From positions 1-58,292 of the forward strand of contig JAWDMK010000002.1 in NCBI GenBank assembly GCA_046536675.1: a DNA stretch of 58,292 nucleotides. Reading direction: 5' to 3'. The position numbers were made by a program, and so were the translations under genes. Of the stretch, positions 45,842 through 53,610 are shown in pieces (positions within the stretch are counted from its first letter, which is position 1; the number at the start of each line of letters is the position of its first letter). The notes under the pieces are model-generated. The model was given only the letters and a program-made list of their open reading frames with translations, had not been told where the DNA came from and ran no database searches. This DNA is from Candidatus Micrarchaeota archaeon. GTDB taxonomy: Archaea; Micrarchaeota; Micrarchaeia; Micrarchaeales; CABMGC01.

Positions 45842-46971
45842 GTGATCACTATATTGTTACCTTTGAACTTGGTAACAACAAGCTCCTTCTTCTCCTTTAC
45901 TTCATTGTATAGTTTTTCAACCAGATCTTTTAATACACTGCTTAATGAATAACCTGTGGAAAGTGCCGCGACAGAGCCACCTTTCTTTAATACAACTTTG
46001 CCATGAATCTCATAATTTCTTAGCTTCGATCTTTTTACATTCACTGTGACATAATCTACTTTTATCTTGCTAAACCTGTTTATCTTATTTACCATATCAT
46101 TAAGCTCTGCCTTGATGTCTTCCTCATACTCCTTTGTATAATCATCTAAGCCAGAGATTATTATCTTGTTTTCTTCTTCAGTTGTAGTAGATGCTATAAG
46201 CCCAAAAATATCCCTTACCGTTATAATGCCTACAGGCTTATCAGATTTAGTAACAATAAGTGATGATATGTTTCGCTCAACAAACTCCCTTATCACTTCC
46301 TCTAGTGGGCTATCTTGCTCTATTGCAAGTATACTCTTTTGGCATACGCTGCCCACCGGAGTATTACTCAATGTATAGAAATAGTCTCTTCTTTGTGGAG
46401 ATCTCTCGGTAGCTTTTGCAAACATTTCTACTATGTCTTTAAATGATATAATACCATATAGAGAGCCATTCTTCATCACAACAAGCCTATTTACCTTGTT
46501 TTTCTCCATCGCCGCTTTAGCCTGCGCTATGTTTGCATCAGCATCTATGCCTATAACTGGTGAGGTCATCGCATTCTCAACACTATATTTTGAGAGAAGA
46601 TGCAGCGAGAGAATAGCCTTAAGTATCTCATTCCTCTTAACTATACCTATAATCTTATTTCCCTCTGTGTAAGGAAGTGCCTTCACCCCTTCATAGTAAA
46701 AGTATAGTATAGCCTTTTCTATTGTTGTAGATCTGTCAAGAAGGGGCACTTTCTTTGCAAACTTACCTATCGACTGCTTTTTATGAAGCTTAAGTCCACC
46801 CTTCCTTACAATGGTTCTGTCATCTACTATACCATAATAATCATTATTTTTATTAACGATGACAGCTGTATACTCTTTGACCTTACTTATCGCCTGTGTT
46901 ATAGGGTCCTTGTAATCATAGAATACAGTTTGAGAAACAAACTCACTTGGTATAGGTTCTATCGCCCTCAT
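45838..46971 (-). CDS. four CBS domains fused to a C-terminal HPF/RaiA (ribosome-associated inhibitor, S30AE)-like domain
   Basis: 377 aa. Four CBS-like units are visible by eye. The C-terminal ~95 aa (IIISGLDDYTKEYEEDIKAELNDMVNKINRFSKIKVDYVTVNVKRSK..YEIHGKVVLKKGGSVAALSTGYSLSSVLKDLVEKLYNEVKEKK) follows the beta-alpha-beta-beta-beta-alpha pattern of YfiA/HPF. Its stop overlaps the pilin ATG (ATGA). Confidence 0.55.
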   Translation of the reverse strand: MRAIEPIPSEFVSQTVFYDYKDPITQAISKVKEYTAVIVNKNNDYYGIVDDRTIVRKGGLKLHKKQSIGKFAKKVPLLDRSTTIEKAILYFYYEGVKALPYTEGNKIIGIVKRNEILKAILSLHLLSKYSVENAMTSPVIGIDADANIAQAKAAMEKNKVNRLVVMKNGSLYGIISFKDIVEMFAKATERSPQRRDYFYTLSNTPVGSVCQKSILAIEQDSPLEEVIREFVERNISSLIVTKSDKPVGIITVRDIFGLIASTTTEEENKIIISGLDDYTKEYEEDIKAELNDMVNKINRFSKIKVDYVTVNVKRSKLRNYEIHGKVVLKKGGSVAALSTGYSLSSVLKDLVEKLYNEVKEKKELVVTKFKGNNIVIT

Positions 46972-47064
46972 TTAAATCACATTTATATTTAAAAATTGAA
47001 AAGTTAAATACCTTCCTTACATATATAAGAAATAAAAAGCTATTTAAAGAAAAGTAATTGCTTT

Positions 47065-47135
47065 GCCAGGATGGCAGATCGGCTATGCGGCCGCCTGCAG
47101 AGCGGCAAAGGGGGGTTCGACTCCCTCTCCTGGCT
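47065..47135 (+). tRNA. tRNA-Cys (anticodon GCA)
   Basis: Acceptor GCCAGGA/TCCTGGC, anticodon stem GCCGC/GCGGC with loop CTGCAGA, T-arm GGGGG-TTCGACT-CCCTC. The D-stem is short. Confidence 0.8.
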
Positions 47136-47208
47136 TGATCACAGCGAAAGCCAATTTCTGAAGCAATATTTATAAATAATTATAAGTAGAAAGTAAAATA
47201 GGGATACA

Positions 47209-47985
47209 TTGACCATCATCTTGGCGATAAAGGCGAAGGATGGAATAGTTTTAAGTGCAGACAAGCGACTTCTGTATATTATTGAAGATGGTGAAGAATT
47301 TAGTTTCAAAAACGAAAAGATAGTACAAATAGGAAAAAACACAATTGTGGGTTTTTCGGGAGACTCGAAAAATATGGGGCAGCTTGTTATGTTGCTAAAG
47401 GAGAATTCTGAAGCTTTGGACAATGATATGTTTAGTGCATTGAATGGCTTAAAAAAGAAAATAAGAGCTATTGACCTTGAATGTGAGTGTCTGCTAGCAG
47501 GCAAGGTAAATGATAATCTTGCAGTTGTCAGGTTAACTGCAGATAAGGGAGATAGAGTACTTAAAATCGAAATTACACAACCGCAGGTAGAAATGGCTGG
47601 AGACATGACTTCTATGTTTAGCTCTTTAAATTTAATAACACACCAATACATAGATTATTTGGATAAAATAGGAAAAAGCTTAACTGTAGTTGAGGCTGAA
47701 TTTCTTGCTTATGCAACTATAATGGAAATATCAAGATCTGGCTCGCAAACTATAGGTAATGGAGTAAGTATTTGGCGCTTGGTAAAAAACGGTAAAAACA
47801 TTAATATGGAGAAAACACCTGAGTGGAGGTTGAATGACCTATTCCCAACAGCATATGCATATTATGTTAAGAAAAAAGTAGGTGCGATTTCTGAGGCAAT
47901 GGATAGAATAAAAACACTAGACGGAGAAGGTATAGGACAGTTACTTAGGAAGGAAGAAAAAGAAAAAAACAAGGCTAATCATTGA
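47209..47985 (+). CDS. proteasome beta-subunit-like Ntn hydrolase without propeptide
   Basis: 258 aa with a TTG start. M-TIILAIKAKDGIVLSADKR resembles the mature N-terminus of proteasome beta/HslV (Thr1, Asp17). A GFSGDS block stands where beta subunits have G.aG..aD. It has a long divergent C-terminal half. Confidence 0.55.
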   Translation: MTIILAIKAKDGIVLSADKRLLYIIEDGEEFSFKNEKIVQIGKNTIVGFSGDSKNMGQLVMLLKENSEALDNDMFSALNGLKKKIRAIDLECECLLAGKVNDNLAVVRLTADKGDRVLKIEITQPQVEMAGDMTSMFSSLNLITHQYIDYLDKIGKSLTVVEAEFLAYATIMEISRSGSQTIGNGVSIWRLVKNGKNINMEKTPEWRLNDLFPTAYAYYVKKKVGAISEAMDRIKTLDGEGIGQLLRKEEKEKNKANH

Positions 47986-48191
47986 GGTGAATAATTCTAC
48001 ACAAACTTAACTTATTTGAATCAAAAGATAAGCAGTTTATTGTAGATATTTACTTTACCATTAGTTTGTTAAATCTCTTTAATCTCTCTTTTTGATATGC
48101 AATATTTTACGTTTTCCATGGTTCAGTTAGATTTATATATATAGGATTGCAATTTAGTTTGTCCTGTGAAGAATAGAGTAACTGCTGAAAG

Positions 48192-49712
48192 GTGATGAAG
48201 CCTATATCGACTGAGGACGATAGTATGGAAAAAATCTATATTGTTGTATTTGTTCTCTCTGTTATAATAATGCTTGCAAACTCATTCTTTGCTACGCCAA
48301 ACAGCATACTTGATACGGATCCATCAACTTACATAATAGTGCCTATTGTTATGCTGCCTTTGTTTTCCGTTTTTATTTTTAAAAATAAGATTAAGCCGAA
48401 AGTAAAGAAATTAGACTTGTTGGTAGGGTTTATTCTGTTTATTTTATTCTTATTTACCATTACATATTTGCGCTATACCTTCTCATTTTTGTTTATGAGC
48501 TATAGGCTAGATATGCTCATTTTTCCTCTTGCTATAGCAAGCATAGCAATAACTACTTTTGGATTTGAGAATTTAAACAAATTTAAGGCTCTAATGATCT
48601 TCGCGCTTTTTGCATCTCCGATACTTTTAACACCTATATTCTTTACCAATCAAAACTTTGCTGAGATAAATGCATATATAGTATATTTTGTAATGCATGC
48701 TTTTGACAAAAGCGTTGCATTTACGCCACCAATAAGCATAAGTGGTAACGGTTATGTTATTGGGATAGGAGAGAGCTGTGCAGGCATAGGAGCACTTATA
48801 GGAATTATTATGTTTCTTATACCAATTGCATATTGGCTAGATGGCAAATTACGCGCTAAAGTGTTATGGGTTTTATCAGGCTTTATCTTACTGCTTATCC
48901 TCAATTTTATAAGGATGGCTACTATTGGATTTACATGGCTATGGCTAGGACCAAATCAAAGCACATCATTTGCACATAGCTTTGCTGGCGTGCTTATATT
49001 CTACATAACAATTATAGCAATAATTTTAGCCGCACCGCTCTTCAAGCTAAAGGTCCCAAAATCTTCTAAAAAAAGAATAGATAGAAGAAAGACTAGACTT
49101 GCCTTATTGCCACTAATACTTCCAATAATATATGCACTTTTGTACTTCTTATTAACAACTGATTATGCAAATTCAATCTATGTTTCACCAGCACTAATGC
49201 ACGCAAATGCTGCATTGAATGGAAGTGCTTTTGAAAATTTTATATCAAGTAATGTAAATACGACAGGCTTTGCTACTGCTTCTTATCTATTTTCAAATAC
49301 ATCTGATATACTGCTATTTGTTAACCAGACTTTTAATAAGACAAACCCAATAGCGGTGCTTATAACAGCACCAAATATAAAAGCAGAGGAAGAGCTGCTT
49401 TCAAATATGAGCATATTAGGAAGCGCTACGTTTATGAATAAAAATGGTATAAACGTTTACTTATATCAGGTTTATTCGAACAGCACTATATATTATATGG
49501 GTTTTGAAGAATTACCATATGTATTTGATGGTGAATATTACATAGAAAGTGAATACTTTATAATGCCAGAAGCGGCTGGATCGCTTAACCTAAAATGCGG
49601 CTATTCAAAGTTTACTTACCTATACAACATTCTTAATCCAAACTTCTATAATACAACTAAAATGAACGAATTAGAAAGTGCATATTGTATAAATGAGAAA
49701 GTATTTAGGTAG
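48192..49712 (+). CDS. archaeosortase/exosortase-family membrane protein with extra C-terminal ectodomain
   Basis: 506 aa, polytopic. Candidate catalytic motifs appear in the family order: IGESCAGIGAL (Cys), LNFIRMATI (Arg), FAHSFAGVLIF (His). A sequon-rich extension of about 190 aa follows. Confidence 0.6.
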   Translation: MMKPISTEDDSMEKIYIVVFVLSVIIMLANSFFATPNSILDTDPSTYIIVPIVMLPLFSVFIFKNKIKPKVKKLDLLVGFILFILFLFTITYLRYTFSFLFMSYRLDMLIFPLAIASIAITTFGFENLNKFKALMIFALFASPILLTPIFFTNQNFAEINAYIVYFVMHAFDKSVAFTPPISISGNGYVIGIGESCAGIGALIGIIMFLIPIAYWLDGKLRAKVLWVLSGFILLLILNFIRMATIGFTWLWLGPNQSTSFAHSFAGVLIFYITIIAIILAAPLFKLKVPKSSKKRIDRRKTRLALLPLILPIIYALLYFLLTTDYANSIYVSPALMHANAALNGSAFENFISSNVNTTGFATASYLFSNTSDILLFVNQTFNKTNPIAVLITAPNIKAEEELLSNMSILGSATFMNKNGINVYLYQVYSNSTIYYMGFEELPYVFDGEYYIESEYFIMPEAAGSLNLKCGYSKFTYLYNILNPNFYNTTKMNELESAYCINEKVFR

Positions 49713-49717
49713 TTTTT

Positions 49718-50680
49718 ATGAGGTTTGAGTTTTCAGCGGGGGCAATTATATATAAAATAGAAAGAGGTAATGTAAAATTCCTCTTTTTGATTTCTCCAAA
49801 GGGAGACTTAGATATACCAAAAGGGCATATAGAAAAGGATGAGGATAGCTATAGTGCTGCAAAGCGTGAGATAAAAGAAGAGTCTGGGCTAGATGTAAAC
49901 TTTATTCCTTATTTTAAGTATGTGAACAAATACTTTTTCTACGAAAACAAAGAAAAAATCCTTAAAACAGTTACAATATTTATAGCAAAAGTTGGTGAAA
50001 ATAGTAAGGTAAAAATTTCATGGGAGCATAAGGGCTATAAATGGCTTACATTTGAAGAGGCAATTAAAGAGGTTAACTACAAAGATATGAAAGTTCTCCT
50101 CTCTGCAGTAAATGATTATATACAACGCTACGAAGCAATGGAACAATTGAATAAAGAGTATAGAAAGCTCAGCGATCTGAAGGGCTGGAACTTAAGCAAA
50201 AGGTTTGTACCAGGAGAAGGACCACTTAACGCGAAGATTATGCTAATAGGGCAAGCACCAGGCAATGAAGAGGACAAGCAACAAAGACCTTTTGTGGGAA
50301 GAAGTGGAAAGCTACTTGATGAGATCCTAAAGAAAAGCAAGATCAAAAGAAGTGAGATTTATATAACAAGCGCTGTGCAGTTCTTTCCACCAGCTAATAG
50401 AGTTCCGACAGCTAAGGAGATAGAGCTTTGCAAGCCTTTTCTTGAAAAGCAAATCAAGATCATAAAGCCAAAGTTTATTATACTGCTTGGAAGCGTAGCT
50501 TCAAAAGCAACCTTAGGGGTTGAGAATGTTGATGAAAACCATGGAAAAACTGTGAAAAAAGAAGGTATTACTTACTTTATAACATACCACCCAGCAGCAG
50601 CACTTAGATTTCCAGAAATAAAAAAGAGTATGTATGAGGATTTTGAAAAATTTAAAAAGATGATAGAAGCACGTAGTTGA
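49718..50680 (+). CDS. Nudix hydrolase fused to a family-4-like uracil-DNA glycosylase domain
   Basis: 320 aa. It has a perfect Nudix box, GHIEKDEDSYSAAKREIKEESGL. The C-terminal half has UDG motif A-like GQAPGNEEDKQQRPFVGRSGKLL and motif B-like HPAAALR. The Fe-S cysteines appear absent. Confidence 0.7.
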   Translation: MRFEFSAGAIIYKIERGNVKFLFLISPKGDLDIPKGHIEKDEDSYSAAKREIKEESGLDVNFIPYFKYVNKYFFYENKEKILKTVTIFIAKVGENSKVKISWEHKGYKWLTFEEAIKEVNYKDMKVLLSAVNDYIQRYEAMEQLNKEYRKLSDLKGWNLSKRFVPGEGPLNAKIMLIGQAPGNEEDKQQRPFVGRSGKLLDEILKKSKIKRSEIYITSAVQFFPPANRVPTAKEIELCKPFLEKQIKIIKPKFIILLGSVASKATLGVENVDENHGKTVKKEGITYFITYHPAAALRFPEIKKSMYEDFEKFKKMIEARS

Positions 50681-50738
50681 TAAAATTATAAAAATCTAGA
50701 GAAATAATATAAAAATAAGCTTGTAAATAATTTAAGCA

Positions 50739-50824
50739 GGGCTCGTAGCTTAGCCTGGTTGGAGCGCCCGACTGATAGAAGCTTGGCAATCGGGAGGTCC
50801 GGAGTTCAAATCTCCGCGGGCCCA
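50739..50824 (+). tRNA. tRNA-Ile (anticodon GAT) with an 11 nt intron at 37/38
   Basis: Acceptor GGGCTCG/CGGGCCC, D-arm GCTT..GAGC, anticodon stem CCCGA/TCGGG, T-arm CGGAG-TTCAAAT-CTCCG. An 18 nt stretch lies between the anticodon stem halves: CTGATA | GAAGCTTGGCA | A. Intron TTGG can pair with C32-A35, leaving a 3 nt bulge (CA|A) at the 3' splice site. This is a relaxed bulge-helix-loop. A T5 run follows. Confidence 0.65.
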
Positions 50825-50887
50825 TTTTTAACTCTGCTCGCGAGAAGTCCCCTTTCGTAAGAAGAAGCTTCATCGTAAGGGGGTAGT

Positions 50888-51319
50888 TCACACATCAACT
50901 AGAACATGTATGCGCCACTTCTCTGCTTTTTCTACCTTAAGGTCGTGTGGAGTTATTGCCTTAACCTCCAAAAGAGAGTAATCCTTATCCACATTCTTAA
51001 AGAAAAGCTTGCCTGAAAGCTTAAGCTTAGCTTTGTCTAGATTCGTTATTTTAAAATCAAATGCCTTTAGGCCTTTTTCATCAACTTTGGAGAGTATATC
51101 CTGAAGTGTATACCATACTAAGTCTTCTTTTGTTCTTGCAGATTCCTTTATAATTATACTTCCAACTTTGCTATTTTCTCTGCTTATTCTTTTTGTGTCT
51201 AACATTATGTTGAGCAGAGCACGCACTGCGTTTTCAAAAGCTTCTTTAAAAGTGTTGCCATATGAAACAAACCTTATATCTGCGGTATGTGGAAGATACC
51301 TAAACCTTATTTTTGACAT
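50888..51319 (-). CDS. archease
   Basis: 143 aa. FRYLPHTADIRFVSYGNTFKEAFENAVRALLNIM matches the archease N-terminal signature (.HTADi....G.t.eE.FenAa.al). Confidence 0.8.
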   Translation of the reverse strand: MSKIRFRYLPHTADIRFVSYGNTFKEAFENAVRALLNIMLDTKRISRENSKVGSIIIKESARTKEDLVWYTLQDILSKVDEKGLKAFDFKITNLDKAKLKLSGKLFFKNVDKDYSLLEVKAITPHDLKVEKAEKWRIHVLVDV

Positions 51320-51328
51320 TTAATCATC

Positions 51329-52108
51329 TCATACCTTTATGCTAAAGCTTCCAGAAGGTATATGCTGAAGTATATAGTCAATATCATCAAACTCTAGAAG
51401 CTTTGCAAGCTTTTTTGCTGTGTCTGATTTCTTTGTATTTCCTGGTCTGAGCTCAACAGCCTTTTCTGGTTTTATCTTATCATAGGTTAGGCTAGGTACT
51501 ATTTCAAACTTTTTTGAATCATCTTTTATCTCTGTAAAGGCATAAAGTATGAGGGGCATCGCCTTAAACCACTCCCTCTCGCCACTCATCGCAAAGCTTC
51601 CTGTAGCCAAGTAGCCTTTATTTGTTGATTTGCTAACCTGCTCTCTCTTCAATGAATAAACATCAGCATAAGTCATACCAGAGCTCCATGCCCTTGAGAA
51701 TGATGCAGCAAATTGTGCCACCTCCTCTTTTATCTCCCTGCTTGCCTCTATACCGTTCTTTAGCACAACTACAGATGCACCAAATATGTCAGCGTGGAAG
51801 AAGAGATCTTTTTCATCGAAGTACTTCGAATTTATTAGCTCATTTTGCATCGCATCCCTTCCGCCTATCGCTAGCATCTTGTTGCTTGTAAAGAACCAGT
51901 AAAACTTCTCAAACCACTCCTTCTTGCTTATCTTTAATATTTTCCTTTCTTTTCTTTCCCCGCCTTCGCTCTTTAGCTTGTTTTCAAGCTCTTTTATAGC
52001 CTGCTCCGCTCCAGCCTTTTTCTTCCTCGCCTGCTTCGAAGCTTCAAAGTACTCGCTTGCATTCTCCTGTGCGCTCTTTGTAAAATCAAGCTCAAACTCT
52101 TCCTGCAT
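51329..52108 (-). CDS. short NFACT-R (DUF814) domain protein, NEMF/Rqc2/FbpA-family C-terminal part only
   Basis: 259 aa. A coiled-coil stretch precedes WFEKFYWFFTSNKMLAIGGRDAMQNELINSKYFDEKDLFFHADIFGASVVVLK, which is the DUF814 core. No NFACT-N domain is present. Confidence 0.65.
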   Translation of the reverse strand: MQEEFELDFTKSAQENASEYFEASKQARKKKAGAEQAIKELENKLKSEGGERKERKILKISKKEWFEKFYWFFTSNKMLAIGGRDAMQNELINSKYFDEKDLFFHADIFGASVVVLKNGIEASREIKEEVAQFAASFSRAWSSGMTYADVYSLKREQVSKSTNKGYLATGSFAMSGEREWFKAMPLILYAFTEIKDDSKKFEIVPSLTYDKIKPEKAVELRPGNTKKSDTAKKLAKLLEFDDIDYILQHIPSGSFSIKV

Positions 52109-52120
52109 AGACTCAAAGCC

Positions 52121-52318
52121 TTAGATTATTAAACTAACAATAAGTGAGATAATATAGCCCAATATTCCTATAGCTAGAGTGCCATATAAAACTATCTTGG
52201 CTGTTTTTTTGAAATCGCTCATGCTAGGTTTGTAGCTTATGCTTATTACATGCCTTGAATTTTCATAAAAATTCTTAAGCCTACTCAGCATTGATGGCTT
52301 GCTAACCTGATATTCCAT
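52121..52318 (-). CDS. secE: preprotein translocase subunit SecE (Sec61 gamma)
   Basis: 65 aa. An amphipathic N-terminus precedes a single C-terminal TM (KPSMSDFKKTAKIVLYGTLAIGILGYIISLIV). It lies downstream of ftsZ, as in many archaea. Confidence 0.75.
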   Translation of the reverse strand: MEYQVSKPSMLSRLKNFYENSRHVISISYKPSMSDFKKTAKIVLYGTLAIGILGYIISLIVSLII

Positions 52319-52356
52319 AAAATCTATTATTATTGCCCTATATTTATTTTTATACT

Positions 52357-53451
52357 TTACTTACCCTTCCTTTCCTCCTTGCTATCAAAGATCTCGTCTA
52401 AGTCGATCTCCTCCTCTTGTTCAGCTATCCTTTTCTTTATTCCCACTTCAGAATAATCTGCAAACTCCACACCGCCTAGAACAACCATTACCTTTATCGC
52501 ACTTTTTTGCATCGTTGGTTCTATCCTCGCACCCCACTTGAGCATTGCTTCATCACTTATCCTGCTCGCAACCTCTTGGAATATTGTCTCTGCTTCTCTC
52601 AAGGTAAGGTCTTCTCCGCCTATAATATTTACAAGGGCCCTCTTTGCTGTTGAAAGATCTACGTCGAGTAGCGGGCTTCTCAGTGTATTCTCTATTGCTA
52701 TTATTGCCCTGTCCTTCGATTGGGCTGCTGAGGCTTCACCAACGCCTATAACAGCATAGCCTGAATCCTTAAGAACGCTCCTTAGATCAGCAAAATCAAG
52801 GTTTACCATTCCAGGCTTTGTAACCATTTCTACAATTCCTTTTGTAGCATTAGCAAGAATTTCATCACTTACCCTAAAAGCCATATTTAATGGCAAATCA
52901 GGAGCGACTGTAAGAAGCTTGTCATTTGGTATTACTATTGTTGTGTCTGTAACCTTTTTAAGTTTTGAAAGACCCTCTAGCGCATTTCTCATCCTGAGCC
53001 TGCCCTCGCTAGAAAAAGGCAAAGTTACTATTGCGATGCTTAGTGCGCCCATTTCCTTTACCTCATGAGCAATCACAGGAGCAGCACCAGTCCCTGTTCC
53101 TCCGCCAAGGCCACAGGTTATAAAGACAAGCTGGCCGTCGCTCAAAACATGCCTTATTTCATCTTTACTTTCTTGCGCTGCCTCTTCGCCAAGCTTTGGA
53201 TCGCTTCCTGCACCGAGCCCTCTTGTTGTCTTCTTTCCAAGCAAAATTTTTCTTGTTGCTTTGGTTCTTGCAAGGTGAGGTGCATCTGTATTAGCAGCAA
53301 CAAGGGTTGCACCCTCTATATTTAGTTCAGCCATCCTTGTTATGGTGTTAGAGCCACTTCCTCCTGCACCGACAACGTATATCTTTGGCCTAGCTGATTC
53401 AATAAATTTAAGAAGCTCCTCATCATCAGGGGAAACATTGGTAAGATCCAT
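52357..53451 (-). CDS. ftsZ: cell division GTPase FtsZ
   Basis: 364 aa. GAGGSGSNT and the tubulin signature GLGGGTGTGAAPV are present, with an acidic C-terminal tail. Confidence 0.95.
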   Translation of the reverse strand: MDLTNVSPDDEELLKFIESARPKIYVVGAGGSGSNTITRMAELNIEGATLVAANTDAPHLARTKATRKILLGKKTTRGLGAGSDPKLGEEAAQESKDEIRHVLSDGQLVFITCGLGGGTGTGAAPVIAHEVKEMGALSIAIVTLPFSSEGRLRMRNALEGLSKLKKVTDTTIVIPNDKLLTVAPDLPLNMAFRVSDEILANATKGIVEMVTKPGMVNLDFADLRSVLKDSGYAVIGVGEASAAQSKDRAIIAIENTLRSPLLDVDLSTAKRALVNIIGGEDLTLREAETIFQEVASRISDEAMLKWGARIEPTMQKSAIKVMVVLGGVEFADYSEVGIKKRIAEQEEEIDLDEIFDSKEERKGK

Positions 53452-53610
53452 ACTAGTCGCCTTTATAATATTACTTATACAAAAAGAGATATAAAGCTAA
53501 TTCCTAGCCAGTGGACTGCCCTACCCTTATGGATGGGGTTTCTATATGAGCCACACCCGCTGCATTCGTAAAAGGAATGATATTTATTATTTTATTCAAT
53601 AATCTTATAA

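Noticed and set aside
47139-47651. 170 aa minus-strand ORF overlapping the proteasome-beta-like gene
   Set aside because: Its translation is low-complexity and Ser/Phe/Ile-rich. The plus-strand frame carries recognisable Ntn-hydrolase motifs.
47065-50824. The segment bounded by tRNA-Cys and tRNA-Ile as an integrated mobile island
   Set aside because: I found no integrase and no direct repeat of a tRNA 3' end. The genes look like ordinary, if unusual, chromosomal genes.
50838-50880. Hairpin-like sequence (CCCCTT...AAGGGG with internal TCGTAAG direct repeat and CTCGCGAG palindrome) between tRNA-Ile and archease
   Set aside because: It lies between two convergent transcription units. It is most simply a bidirectional terminator or 3' UTR structure, and I see nothing to suggest a distinct gene.
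50652-50891. 79 aa minus-strand ORF
   Set aside because: It lies across the tRNA-Ile gene, which explains the open frame.
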